Made by a program: the position numbers and the translations under genes
In this document: in pieces, positions 17,157 through 27,076 of the stretch
How positions within the stretch are numbered: position 1 is the first letter of the stretch
How the letters are laid out: every line of letters starts with the position of its first letter
Notes under the pieces: generated by a model
Told to the model about the DNA's origin: nothing
What the model saw: only the letters and a program-made list of their open reading frames with translations
The model's database searches: none
Source of the DNA: a virus
Taxonomy: Duplodnaviria > Caudoviricetes
Length of the DNA stretch: 34,249 bases
Virus record (IMG/VR): IMGVR_UViG_3300025723_000111
Coordinates: 1 to 34,249 of that record
Strand: one strand, 5' to 3'

Positions 17157-17456
17157 ATGGCATATTCAGTAACCCCTATCTCTGGCGTAGACCTTACCTC
17201 TGCTGTTCCTACTAACCTAGCTCAAGATGGCTCAACATTAATTCCTACAATGGGTCCATTGGGTAATGAAGTGTTTGGTTCAGATGGCTTGCGTTATGTA
17301 TTAGCAAAAGCTGGTAACACGTTTACTGCTGGTGAAACATCAGTATCAATCAACACTACTACTTTTGTAGCAACTTCAACAGGTGGCGCTTATATCGCTC
17401 CTGCTGTAGCTCTTGCTTCAGGTCAGTACGGTTGGTTCGGTAAAGCTTCAGTTTAA
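17157..17456 (+). CDS. Capsid decoration/cement protein (putative)
   Basis: Follows MCP, strong RBS, GSDGLRYV...GQYGWF. Confidence 0.75.
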   Translation: MAYSVTPISGVDLTSAVPTNLAQDGSTLIPTMGPLGNEVFGSDGLRYVLAKAGNTFTAGETSVSINTTTFVATSTGGAYIAPAVALASGQYGWFGKASV

Positions 17457-17467
17457 TCTGAAAGATA

Positions 17468-17492
17468 CTCACCTTTTCGAAGGTGGGTTTCT
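17468..17492 (+). terminator. Terminator-like hairpin after capsid genes
   Basis: CTCACCTT-TTCG-AAGGTGGG followed by a short TTTCT; second hairpin at 17492..17520. Confidence 0.65.
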
Positions 17493-17549
17493 AGGTAGTT
17501 TTCATTCCGAGAGCTATCTACAAACCCCAAACCACTTTGGAGATTTTTC

Positions 17550-18137
17550 ATGTATCAAACTGACGTAAATAACCCAGATTCACGACTTAATGTAAAGTTT
17601 TATCAAAAAGCAATTAACAATGAGTTTAAAAGCGCTTTAGAAGGCCGTCCTATCATGGAAATGAGGGACTTTATCATCATTGAAGTGCCAGGCAATAATC
17701 TTTCTGTCATTGACACTTTTGCAGCAGATGAACACAAAACTCGCTTTCCTATTCAATGGGCGAGATACCAAAACGAAAAGACTGATGGCGATGTAGAAGG
17801 CACATTACTTCACGATTGGCCTATCTTAAATGCAGCAGTAGCTGCTGAATTGAAACACTTTAAATTTTACACAGTAGAACAAGTAGCACAAGCTTCTGAT
17901 GCTCAATTAAATACATTGGGTATGGCAGCAGGTATGTCACCACTTGCGCTACGTGACAAAGCAAAAGCTTATCTCTCTGGTGCAAAAGATACAGCATTAG
18001 TACAACAACAAGCAGACGAGCTTCGTAAGCGTGATGATGAACTAGCTGCATTAAAAGCGCAATTAGCAGAGTTAGCCTCAAAAATGAACCAACCTAAAGC
18101 CACGCCTAAAAAGGCAAAGGAAAATGTAGAGGAATAA
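17550..18137 (+). CDS. Conserved head-completion-region protein
   Basis: RFPIQWARY, GTLLHDWP, FYTVEQVAQASD, coiled-coil C-terminus. Confidence 0.75.
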   Translation: MYQTDVNNPDSRLNVKFYQKAINNEFKSALEGRPIMEMRDFIIIEVPGNNLSVIDTFAADEHKTRFPIQWARYQNEKTDGDVEGTLLHDWPILNAAVAAELKHFKFYTVEQVAQASDAQLNTLGMAAGMSPLALRDKAKAYLSGAKDTALVQQQADELRKRDDELAALKAQLAELASKMNQPKATPKKAKENVEE

Positions 18138-18138
18138 T

Positions 18139-19056
18139 ATGGCATCAACTCTCTTGCAATTAGTGCAACAAGCGTCAGCAGAAATGGGCTTGGCTATCCC
18201 TAATACAGTAGCTGGTAACAGTTCTTATGACGTTACACAAATGTATTATTTGATTAATGCAGCAGGTAACGAACTTGCGAGAGAGTATCCGTGGGAAGCT
18301 CTAAATACAGAATACGATTGGTATTCACAATATACACAATCTAATGGTGCAATTGCAGCAGGTTCTTATACAATTACAGGCGTAGATGCTGCTACTGTAA
18401 ACTTTATTAATGCTCGTGGCGCTACAAACTTTCAAGTTCAAGGCTTGGGCGTTATTCAAAGCACAGCCGTTGTATCAGCATTAGGCACAACAGTAACGAT
18501 TAACAGCGCTGCAACAGGCGATGGCAATGGTCAATATACATTTGGTCAAGTTAAATATACTTTGCCAACAGGCTTTGACCGTATTACAGACCGTACACAA
18601 TACGATAAATCTAAACGCTGGGAAATGTTGGGACCTGAAACACCTCAACAATGGCAATGGCTAAAATCATCTTACATTTCAACTGGTCCACGTATCCGTT
18701 GGCGTATTATGGGTCAAGAATTTCAAATTTGGCCTTTAACATCTACAAACGAATATTTAAGCTTTGAGTATATCTCATCATATTGGGCTGCATCTGCAAC
18801 AGGCACACCTCAAGCGCAGTTTGTTCAAGATAGTGATACATGTATTTATCCTGACCGATTAATCGTATTAGGATTGAAAAAGAAATACTTTGAAGTTAAA
18901 GGCTTTGATACAACAGCATTCCAACGTGATTATGATATGCAACTTAACATCGCTAAAGCTAATGATGCAGGTTCACCAACATTATCAATGGCCCCAAGAA
19001 CAGCCAATGTATTAATTGGTTGGGAGAACATTCCAGACGCTAACTACGGGAGTTAA
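18139..19056 (+). CDS. Head-tail adaptor / tail tubular protein A-like
   Basis: Position; TLLQLVQQASAEMG...LINAAG, YTLPTGFDRI, FQIWP. Confidence 0.75.
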   Translation: MASTLLQLVQQASAEMGLAIPNTVAGNSSYDVTQMYYLINAAGNELAREYPWEALNTEYDWYSQYTQSNGAIAAGSYTITGVDAATVNFINARGATNFQVQGLGVIQSTAVVSALGTTVTINSAATGDGNGQYTFGQVKYTLPTGFDRITDRTQYDKSKRWEMLGPETPQQWQWLKSSYISTGPRIRWRIMGQEFQIWPLTSTNEYLSFEYISSYWAASATGTPQAQFVQDSDTCIYPDRLIVLGLKKKYFEVKGFDTTAFQRDYDMQLNIAKANDAGSPTLSMAPRTANVLIGWENIPDANYGS

Positions 19057-19058
19057 TA

Positions 19059-19457
19059 ATGGATGATACAGCAATGAAATTAGCCAAATTGCTCCAAACG
19101 CAATTAGGTCCTAATACTGAAAATATGTATAAATCATGGTTATTAGAAAACCATATTCGTCCTTCTAATGATTATGATATGCGTGGTTATTTTATGGGAC
19201 AAATGACAGGTGACCCAGAAGCTCAATCACAAGTAAATCCTAGCGATATGCAAATGCACTTTACTGATAAGTTTAAGCTTCCAAATCACCCTTCATTTAG
19301 CAATGAATCAATGTATGATATTGCAGGTAATGCTCCTCGTTGGATTGGTAATGAAGGCAATATGCAACAACTTCCTCCATATACAGAAGGAACTTGGGGT
19401 CAGCTTGGCCGTAAAGGTTTAATGAACCTAGAACTTCCATTTGGGAAAGGTAAATAA
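19059..19457 (+). CDS. Uncharacterised inserted protein (DYDMRGYF...HFTDKFKLPNHPSFSNESMY)
   Basis: GGGAG RBS; coupled TAATG to the next gene. Confidence 0.8.
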   Translation: MDDTAMKLAKLLQTQLGPNTENMYKSWLLENHIRPSNDYDMRGYFMGQMTGDPEAQSQVNPSDMQMHFTDKFKLPNHPSFSNESMYDIAGNAPRWIGNEGNMQQLPPYTEGTWGQLGRKGLMNLELPFGKGK

Positions 19458-20977
19458 TGGCTATTGCTAAAAGGGCTGTATCACAGCCAGTATCATTGCC
19501 AGCTCCTGTAGGTGGTTGGAACGCACGTGATTCATTAACATCTATGCAGCCTAATGAAGCTGTTATTCTTGAAAATTGGTATCCTGCAACAACAGAAGTA
19601 ATTTTGCGTAATGGCTATGTAAAGTCATCAACAGGTTTACCAGGTCAAGTAGAAACGCTCATGGCATACGCTGGAGCAGCTTCTAACAAGTTATTTGCAA
19701 TTTCTGGTGGTAACGTATACGACTGCTCTGCTGGTGGTTCTGTAGGCGCTGCTGTAGTATCAGGATTGACTAATTCACGTTGGGGTTATTGCAACATTGC
19801 AACCTCTGGCGGTAACTTTTTGTCAATGGCAAATGGTATTGATGCACCACGTAACTTTGATGGTACATCATGGTCTACACCTACAATTACAGGTGTTACT
19901 GCAACAACATTGCAAAACCCTGTGTTATATGCACAACGTCAATTCTTTATTCAAAAGAACAGTCTTAAAGTATGGTATTTGCCTGTAGATTCTATTGCAG
20001 GTGCAGCAGCAGCCGTTGACATAGCGCCTTTTATGACTAAAGGTGGTTACATTGTTGCTCATGGCACATGGACGATTGATGCTGGTAATGGCGTTAATGA
20101 CCACTATGTTATCGTGACAAATAAGGGTCAAGTCATCGTTTATCAAGGTTTAGACCCAACAAGTACATCTACATGGTCAATGGTAGGTGTATGGGATTTA
20201 GGTGGTCCAGTAGGTGCTAGAAGTCTTTATAAATACGCTGGTGATATGTTGCTTATTTCACAAGATGGCGTAGTACCAATGTCTGCTGCATTACAATCAT
20301 CTCGCATCAATCCTAAAGTTGCAATTACTGATAAAATTCAGTATGCAATTTCAGATGCTGTTACAAATTATGGTAGTAACTTTGGCTGGCAACTTCTTTA
20401 CGTGCCTACAATTAATCAATTATGGTTAAACGTACCAATTCAAGAAGGCATCAATCAGCAACAATATGTAATGAACACGATTACAGGTGCTTGGTGCAAT
20501 TATACAGGCTGGAACGCTAACTGTATGGAATTGTATAACGACCAACCTTACTTTGGTGGGAATGGATTTGTAGGTCATGCTTATTATGGTTTGTCTGACG
20601 ATGTAAATAACATTACAGGCACTGCTTTACAAGCATTTAATAACTTTAATAATGCTGGTACTTTAAAGCGTTTTACAATGTCACGTCCTATCTTTAGGAC
20701 TGATGGTCAACCTTCTATTTTTGCTGGCGTAAACATTGACTTTAACACTGATACACCAACAGGCTCACTCACTTATACGCCTAACTCTTATGCAAAATGG
20801 GGTTCTGCAACATGGGATGCTTCAACATGGGGTGGTGGCTTATCAGTATTGCAAAACTGGCAAGGTATTAACGGTGTTGGCTACTATGGCGCACCAATTG
20901 TTAAGACTGCATGTTCTGGTATTCAAGTACATTGGGTATCAACTGACCTCGTTATCGAGGGAGGAGCTATCTTGTAA
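19457..20977 (+). CDS. Tail hub / packaged-DNA stabilisation protein (P22 gp10-like)
   Basis: PAPVGGWNARD N-terminus, 506 aa beta-rich, position. Confidence 0.82.
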   Translation: MAIAKRAVSQPVSLPAPVGGWNARDSLTSMQPNEAVILENWYPATTEVILRNGYVKSSTGLPGQVETLMAYAGAASNKLFAISGGNVYDCSAGGSVGAAVVSGLTNSRWGYCNIATSGGNFLSMANGIDAPRNFDGTSWSTPTITGVTATTLQNPVLYAQRQFFIQKNSLKVWYLPVDSIAGAAAAVDIAPFMTKGGYIVAHGTWTIDAGNGVNDHYVIVTNKGQVIVYQGLDPTSTSTWSMVGVWDLGGPVGARSLYKYAGDMLLISQDGVVPMSAALQSSRINPKVAITDKIQYAISDAVTNYGSNFGWQLLYVPTINQLWLNVPIQEGINQQQYVMNTITGAWCNYTGWNANCMELYNDQPYFGGNGFVGHAYYGLSDDVNNITGTALQAFNNFNNAGTLKRFTMSRPIFRTDGQPSIFAGVNIDFNTDTPTGSLTYTPNSYAKWGSATWDASTWGGGLSVLQNWQGINGVGYYGAPIVKTACSGIQVHWVSTDLVIEGGAIL

Positions 20978-21402
20978 TGCGTAAAATAATCATCGGGCAA
21001 AAAGAAAGAGTCAGTGATTTCATTGTTGCTCAAGGTGCTGGTAAAGCTTATTTTAATTATGAAGCAATTGGCATTGAAGAAGATGGTGAATTAATTGCTG
21101 GTGTAGTGTATGACAGTTATGAAGAAAATGCTCGGTGCGCTATGCACTGTGCAGGTATTGGTAGACGTTGGTTAAATAGACAGTTTTTATGGATGGTATT
21201 TGATTATCCTTTTAATCAACTAAACGTCAATGTCATTGTTAATACAGTTTCATCAAACAATAAAGATTCAATAAGATTTACAGAGCATTGCGGATTTAAA
21301 GAAGCAACAAGAATTACTGGTGGTTGTTACGATGGTGATTTAATTATTTACACACTTTATAAAAAAGATTGCAAGTGGATAGGGCTAAAACATGAAACAT
21401 AA
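20977..21402 (+). CDS. GNAT-fold acetyltransferase (P22 gp14/DUF2824-like position)
   Basis: FDYPFNQL...NKDSIRFTEHCGFKE; between hub and first ejection protein. Confidence 0.85.
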   Translation: MRKIIIGQKERVSDFIVAQGAGKAYFNYEAIGIEEDGELIAGVVYDSYEENARCAMHCAGIGRRWLNRQFLWMVFDYPFNQLNVNVIVNTVSSNNKDSIRFTEHCGFKEATRITGGCYDGDLIIYTLYKKDCKWIGLKHET

Positions 21403-22381
21403 ATTTATTCAATTAAGACTACAAGGCGTACGTGACCCATTTATGTCTATGGCTAATGGTGGTGGTAAATCTGATGCACCAGCACAGCCTGACTATGTAG
21501 CTGCTGCCAATGCTACTGCTCAAGGCAATCTTGCTAATACTCGTTTGCAATTAGCTGCTAATCGTGTAAATCAAAACACTCCTACAGGTTCATTAAACTA
21601 TACTCAATCAGGAACAGACCAATATGGCAATCCTACGTATACTGCAAATCAAACTCTTTCAGCTCCGCAACAAAATATCCTTACTTCTAGCGAAAATGCT
21701 ACACAAGGTGCTTTAACTGCTGCTAATGCAGGGCTTCCAAATGTAACTCAATCATTGACGCAAGGAGGGGTAGATTTATCAGGTTTGCCTTCTTATGGAA
21801 TTGACCCAGGTCAAACATATTCTGATGCTGTGATGAGTCGTTTAGCCCCTCAAATTGCACAACAAAATGAAATGTCTGATGCAGCTTTAGCTAATCAAGG
21901 TATTGCACCTGGTACTGAAGCTTATACAAATGCCAAACGTCAATTGGTTCAAAATCAAAATGACTTACAAACTTCTGCTATTATTAATGGCATGAATACA
22001 GGTTTAAATGCTAATAACCAAGCTTTCAACCAACAATTAACTAATCTTAATAATCCTATTACACAATTTAATAATTTGCGTAGTGGCTCAACAACAACAA
22101 CGCCTTCTTATGTAAATCCAGCCTCTATGGGTTCAACAGCAGGTGCTGATATTCTTGGTGCTACACAGGCTGGTTATAGCTCTGGACTTGGAGCTACAAA
22201 CGCTGCTAATGCTGCTAATTCATCATTTAACACTGGTTTAATGGGTCTTGGTGGTTCTTTAATTAATGGTGGTTATTTAGGTAGCCTTCCATTAGGCGCT
22301 GCTGGTACAGGCTCTGGCTTGTTAGGTGGGATTTCATCAGGATTAAGTAGTTTGGGTTCATATTTAGGATTGGTAGCATAA
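21392..22381 (+). CDS. DNA ejection protein (P22 gp7-like)
   Basis: Leader followed by GGGKSDAPAQPDY; Q/N/G-rich; hydrophobic Gly-rich C-terminus. Confidence 0.78.
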   Translation: MKHKFIQLRLQGVRDPFMSMANGGGKSDAPAQPDYVAAANATAQGNLANTRLQLAANRVNQNTPTGSLNYTQSGTDQYGNPTYTANQTLSAPQQNILTSSENATQGALTAANAGLPNVTQSLTQGGVDLSGLPSYGIDPGQTYSDAVMSRLAPQIAQQNEMSDAALANQGIAPGTEAYTNAKRQLVQNQNDLQTSAIINGMNTGLNANNQAFNQQLTNLNNPITQFNNLRSGSTTTTPSYVNPASMGSTAGADILGATQAGYSSGLGATNAANAANSSFNTGLMGLGGSLINGGYLGSLPLGAAGTGSGLLGGISSGLSSLGSYLGLVA

Positions 22382-22599
22382 TGTTTCCATATCAACAACC
22401 AATGAATCCGTATCAAATGCAGCCTGGCATGATGATGCCTCAACAAAACTTTCAATCAGGCTTAATGGCAATGGGGCAAAATCAACAAGCACCAAACCCA
22501 GGTCAAAACATGCAAATGTATCAACAAAACAAACCTATGAACTCAACTCCTCAAGGCAATTTCTTGGGCGGTAATATTGGTCAATATAGACAAGGATAA
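22381..22599 (+). CDS. Gln/Met/Asn/Pro-rich low-complexity protein
   Basis: TAATG coupling; 72 aa with no acidic residues. Confidence 0.7.
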   Translation: MFPYQQPMNPYQMQPGMMMPQQNFQSGLMAMGQNQQAPNPGQNMQMYQQNKPMNSTPQGNFLGGNIGQYRQG

Positions 22600-22601
22600 T
22601 T

Positions 22602-23522
22602 ATGGCTTCTTATGCTAATGCTCTTATGCCAGGCGAATCAGGTGGCATGGTACAAGATGTGTCAACACAACCTGTAAACGACACAATGGCTCAACTTGAG
22701 CTACAACGTAGATTAAAAATGGCTCAAGCATTACAAGAGCAAGCTATGCCTGAAGGTCAAATGGTATCAGGGCATTATGTAGCACCATCATGGACTCAAA
22801 GCCTTGCTAATATTGCTAATAAATACATTGGTACGCAACAAGAAAAACAAGCGTTAAACGATTATGGTCAATATCAAAAATCACAACAAGCTAAAATAGC
22901 TGATTTGCTTAAACCACAAACTGTTGAAACACCTGTTGATTATAATGAAGCTGGCAATATTCCTGGCATGACTCAAACTACTCAACGACCTTTAAGCCAA
23001 CAAGAGTTTATGTCTAGAGCTGTTCAAGCTATGCCTGAATTAGCACCTGAATTGGTTAAAAATCAAATTGCATCTTATGCTCCTAAAGCACCAATTAAAG
23101 GTTCTGCTGGAGATGTATTTTTTGACCCAAATACACATGAACAAATATTTGCAGTTCCTCCAAAAAAGGAATCAATGTTTGGTAAAATTAATCCTAGTGA
23201 ATATACACCAGAATCTATTGCTAAATTTAGTCAAACTGAAAATCCATCAGATTTACAAGCAATAAATAAACCAAGAAGCGTTCAATTTGAAAAAGTACGT
23301 GAAGGTACTAAAGAAGTTACTTATCAAATCAATTCTGATGGAACAAGAAAAAAAGTAGCCACAGGTGAAGCTTTTGCACCTGAAAAACCACAACCAGACT
23401 TTTTCCATCTTAATACAAACACTCCAATGACAAATTCTAAAGGATGGGTATTGCATACTGATGCAAATGGAAATAAAGCTTATGTAAGTCCTGATGGAAA
23501 ATCATTTGAGGAGGCAAAATAA
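22602..23522 (+). CDS. Internal virion/ejection protein
   Basis: LQRRLKMAQAL, GQMVSGHYVAPSWTQ; position. Confidence 0.72.
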   Translation: MASYANALMPGESGGMVQDVSTQPVNDTMAQLELQRRLKMAQALQEQAMPEGQMVSGHYVAPSWTQSLANIANKYIGTQQEKQALNDYGQYQKSQQAKIADLLKPQTVETPVDYNEAGNIPGMTQTTQRPLSQQEFMSRAVQAMPELAPELVKNQIASYAPKAPIKGSAGDVFFDPNTHEQIFAVPPKKESMFGKINPSEYTPESIAKFSQTENPSDLQAINKPRSVQFEKVREGTKEVTYQINSDGTRKKVATGEAFAPEKPQPDFFHLNTNTPMTNSKGWVLHTDANGNKAYVSPDGKSFEEAK

Positions 23523-24376
23523 TGCCATTTGATTTATCAACTGCACAACCAGTGCAACAAAATAACCAAAATCTTACAGGCGAAGATTTTTTAAAAACAC
23601 TTCCTCCTTCTGCTGCTGCAATAGTTAAAAAAGCTGCTAATGGTGAATTGGCTATTACACCACAAATGATGAGAAGCCCACAAGGCGCACAATTGCTTGG
23701 TGCTGTTACTCAATATGACCCAACATTTGATGCTACAAATTATCAAAAGCGTCAACAAACAGCTACTGCATTTGCTAAAGGTAAACAAGCTGATGCTATT
23801 CGTGGTGCAAATCAAGCACTTTACCACATGGGTAATTTGTACAATCGTACAGAAGAGTTAAATAATACAAATGTTTTACCTGCTGTTATTAATCCAATTG
23901 TAAATTATGTTGAAGAAAAAGCATTAGGCGATGTACGTCAAGGTAAATATAGACAATCTGCTCAAGCTGTAGCATCAGAATTGCGTAGAGTATTTTCAGG
24001 TGCAGGCGGTGGTTCTTTAGCTGAATTAACAAAATGGGAGCAAGGTTTTGACCCTAATGCTGGTGAAGCTCAACAAAAAACTCATATTCAAAATGGCGTT
24101 GATTTACTACGTGGTGCTTTAGGTGCTTTAAATGAGCAATATCATCAAGGCATGGGTTTAAATAAAAATGTAAATGATTTATTAAGTCCTGAAGCTCGTC
24201 ATGTATATGAAAGTTTACAATTAAATCAAAATCCAAATTTACCTGCTACAAAAGCACCTGCAACTAGAACTCCAGGGCAAAGGCTAGGTGATGCTTTAAA
24301 TACTAAAATTCCTCAAGGTATTTCACCGCAAGAATGGGCTGCAATGTCACCACAGGATAAAAAGTTATGGCAATGA
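23522..24376 (+). CDS. Internal virion/ejection protein
   Basis: TAATG coupling; helical; position. Confidence 0.68.
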   Translation: MPFDLSTAQPVQQNNQNLTGEDFLKTLPPSAAAIVKKAANGELAITPQMMRSPQGAQLLGAVTQYDPTFDATNYQKRQQTATAFAKGKQADAIRGANQALYHMGNLYNRTEELNNTNVLPAVINPIVNYVEEKALGDVRQGKYRQSAQAVASELRRVFSGAGGGSLAELTKWEQGFDPNAGEAQQKTHIQNGVDLLRGALGALNEQYHQGMGLNKNVNDLLSPEARHVYESLQLNQNPNLPATKAPATRTPGQRLGDALNTKIPQGISPQEWAAMSPQDKKLWQ

Positions 24377-25407
24377 CATTAGAACAACAAAAAGCATTAG
24401 CTTTAGCAAGGGCAAGAGTAAATGCTGGTATAGACCCTGTAGGCCATCCCAATATGCATTATGAATTAGGTGATTGGGTTAAAAATGCACCTGCAAAATC
24501 ACCTACAGGTAGTAACATTACTGATACGCTTGGAAATCTATGGGAAACAAGTAAACTTGAAGGTTTAACACCTGAAGTAAATCCTATTGGTGGACTTACA
24601 CGACTTCCTAGCGCTGAAAAAGGTAAGGTAGCTATTCAAGGTTTAGCTAATGCAGCTAAAAATTTTACTGCTGCACAAAAGCTTGGTGATTTATTAAGTA
24701 GCGCTGGTAATGCAGTCGGTTCAATTCCTAAACATTTATTAGCATTTGAATCTAATAAAGACCCTTTGGCATTTAGCACTCTTTATAATGCTGCTAAAGA
24801 AGGAAACAAAGAAGCATTAGCTGCCGTTAAAGAAGCTACTCCACTTGGTAAACAGTTATATAACGATATGGTTTATAACTACACTAGAAAACTTCAAGTT
24901 CCACATGATGTAGCAATTCTTGCAGAAGATTATACAAAAGGGCATCCAGAAGGACTAGGTGCTTGGGATTTATTAAGTCAACATTACAAAGATTTACCAG
25001 CAGATATGCCAGCAGCTATAAAACGTACTCAAATGCCTGGCTATAAACCTTGGGATGAATTAAGCGATGCTGAAAAAATAAGGCAAGCAACGCAAGCTGG
25101 CGTAGATACTTCTGTATGGAATCCAATTCCTGCAAAAACAGGACAAGGAGATTTAGCTAACATTGCTCTAACTCTTGGTAAAAAAGCAATATTGCCTAGT
25201 ATGTTTCATGCAGTTGCACCTTTAGCTTCTCCTCGTGTAGCTCGCATGGCAGCTATTTTGGCAGGTCAAGGCGCTAATGTTGCAGGCAAAGTTGGTGATG
25301 TAGCAGGAAGCGCAGTAAATATGTTACCTGAAGCTTCGTTGGAAGATTTAATTAATGCTGGCTTATTGGATGCAAGAACAATGAGAGCAAAACAAGGAGA
25401 GCAATAA
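24367..25407 (+). CDS. Internal virion/ejection protein
   Basis: Ala-rich, PLASPRV motif, precedes tail fibre. Confidence 0.68.
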   Translation: MAMTLEQQKALALARARVNAGIDPVGHPNMHYELGDWVKNAPAKSPTGSNITDTLGNLWETSKLEGLTPEVNPIGGLTRLPSAEKGKVAIQGLANAAKNFTAAQKLGDLLSSAGNAVGSIPKHLLAFESNKDPLAFSTLYNAAKEGNKEALAAVKEATPLGKQLYNDMVYNYTRKLQVPHDVAILAEDYTKGHPEGLGAWDLLSQHYKDLPADMPAAIKRTQMPGYKPWDELSDAEKIRQATQAGVDTSVWNPIPAKTGQGDLANIALTLGKKAILPSMFHAVAPLASPRVARMAAILAGQGANVAGKVGDVAGSAVNMLPEASLEDLINAGLLDARTMRAKQGEQ

Positions 25408-26475
25408 ATGGCACGTAACGGAGCAGGTACTTATAATCTGCCATCAGGAAATCCTGTAGTAACAGGCTCAACCATTTCATCTGCATGGGCTAATTCAACC
25501 CTAAATGATATGGCAACAGCTTTAACACAATCTATTTCATCTGATGGTCAAACTACACCTACTGGCAACTTGCCTATGGGTGGCTATAATCACACCAATG
25601 TTGCTGACGCTACAGTTCGTGCAAGTTATGCTTCTGCTGGTCAAGTTCAAGATTCAGCATTTACATTCTTAACAAGTCCTAGCGGTACAAATACAATGAC
25701 TGCTGCAGCTTCTTTGGGTATGTCAGCTTATGTAACAGGTCAACGCTTTTTCTTTGTATCTCCTTCTACAAATACTAGCGCATGTACGCTTAACATTAAT
25801 GCTATTGGTGCTAAAGCCATTACTAAACAAGGCACAACAGCTTTAGTTGCGGGCGATATTGTTTCAGGCGCAGTCATTCAAGTGGTATATGATGGCACAG
25901 AATTTCAATTAGTAAGTCCAGCAGGTTCTGCTGTAAATTCATTTAGTGCAGGGACAACAGGATTAACTCCATCAACAGCAACAACAGGGGCAATTACATT
26001 AGCAGGTACTCTTGCAGTAGCTAATGGTGGTACAGGTGTAACAACATCTACAGGTAGCGGTTCAAATGTTCTTTCAACAAGTCCTGCATTAACAACTCCT
26101 GATTTGGGAACTCCAAGCAATCTTGTTGCTACAAATGCTTCAGGAACAGCTAACAATCTAAATGCTGGTATTGGCGTAAATCAAACATGGACTGATGTAT
26201 CTTCTTCAAGAGCATTTTCAACAAATTATACTAATAGTACAGGCAAACCAATTATGGTTTATTTAACAATATCAACTACTGGTGGTGGTAATGCTCCGCA
26301 ATTTACAGTAACTGTAAATAGTGTTGTTATTCAAAATTGGATTTATCAGTTTGCAAATAGTACTAATAATACTGTAGGTGTTAATTTTATTGTTCCTAAT
26401 GGTCAAGTATATAATATTGCTGCATCTTCAAACGGTGGTGGCATTGCTTCTAAAACATGGATAGAACTTCGTTAA
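25408..26475 (+). CDS. Tail fibre/spike protein
   Basis: MARNGAGTYNLP anchor domain, NTSACTLNINAIGAKAI, YTNSTGKPIMV...WIELR tip. Confidence 0.88.
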   Translation: MARNGAGTYNLPSGNPVVTGSTISSAWANSTLNDMATALTQSISSDGQTTPTGNLPMGGYNHTNVADATVRASYASAGQVQDSAFTFLTSPSGTNTMTAAASLGMSAYVTGQRFFFVSPSTNTSACTLNINAIGAKAITKQGTTALVAGDIVSGAVIQVVYDGTEFQLVSPAGSAVNSFSAGTTGLTPSTATTGAITLAGTLAVANGGTGVTTSTGSGSNVLSTSPALTTPDLGTPSNLVATNASGTANNLNAGIGVNQTWTDVSSSRAFSTNYTNSTGKPIMVYLTISTTGGGNAPQFTVTVNSVVIQNWIYQFANSTNNTVGVNFIVPNGQVYNIAASSNGGGIASKTWIELR

Positions 26476-26484
26476 GGATAAATT

Positions 26485-26841
26485 ATGTACGAATATTTTA
26501 AAGCACCAGATAATCAAGTTTATGGTTATAATTCTGAAACTCAACAAAATTTAATTGACCAAGCAATTGCTAATGGATGGGAAAATATTACAGGCTCATG
26601 GCCTTTGCCACCATCACCACCAACAGCAGAAGAAAATAAACAAACAGCAGCAGGATTACTTTCAGCTACAGATTGGACAACGATTGCTGATGTAGGCAAT
26701 CCTCAATTATCTAATCCTTATCTTGCTAATCAAGCTGAATTTTTAACTTATCGTAATGCAGTTCGTCAATATGCTGTTTATCCTGTAGCTGGCAACATTA
26801 CATGGCCTGCATTACCAACTGAAAATTGGGTAAAGGTATAA
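26485..26841 (+). CDS. Tail fibre assembly chaperone
   Basis: LLSATDWT...YRNAVR...ITWPALP. Confidence 0.85.
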   Translation: MYEYFKAPDNQVYGYNSETQQNLIDQAIANGWENITGSWPLPPSPPTAEENKQTAAGLLSATDWTTIADVGNPQLSNPYLANQAEFLTYRNAVRQYAVYPVAGNITWPALPTENWVKV

Positions 26842-26842
26842 C

Positions 26843-27076
26843 ATGTCAGACCAAACAATCATTAACTTAATCGTTGGTGTTGTTCTGTCTGTGCTTGGAT
26901 GGTTTGCTCGTCAGCTTTGGGATGCCGTCCAAGACCTTAAAAACGATATGAAGGAAATTGAGATTGACCTTCCTACTCATTACGTTCGCAAGGATGAACT
27001 AGAACAGCGTTTTAATAAGATTGAAGATATGCTAAACCGCATCTTTGAAAAACTAGATAACAAGGCTGACAAATAA
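26843..27076 (+). CDS. Single-TM plus coiled-coil membrane protein (holin/antiholin candidate)
   Basis: IINLIVGVVLSVLGWF TM segment, coiled-coil tail ending KADK. Confidence 0.65.
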   Translation: MSDQTIINLIVGVVLSVLGWFARQLWDAVQDLKNDMKEIEIDLPTHYVRKDELEQRFNKIEDMLNRIFEKLDNKADK

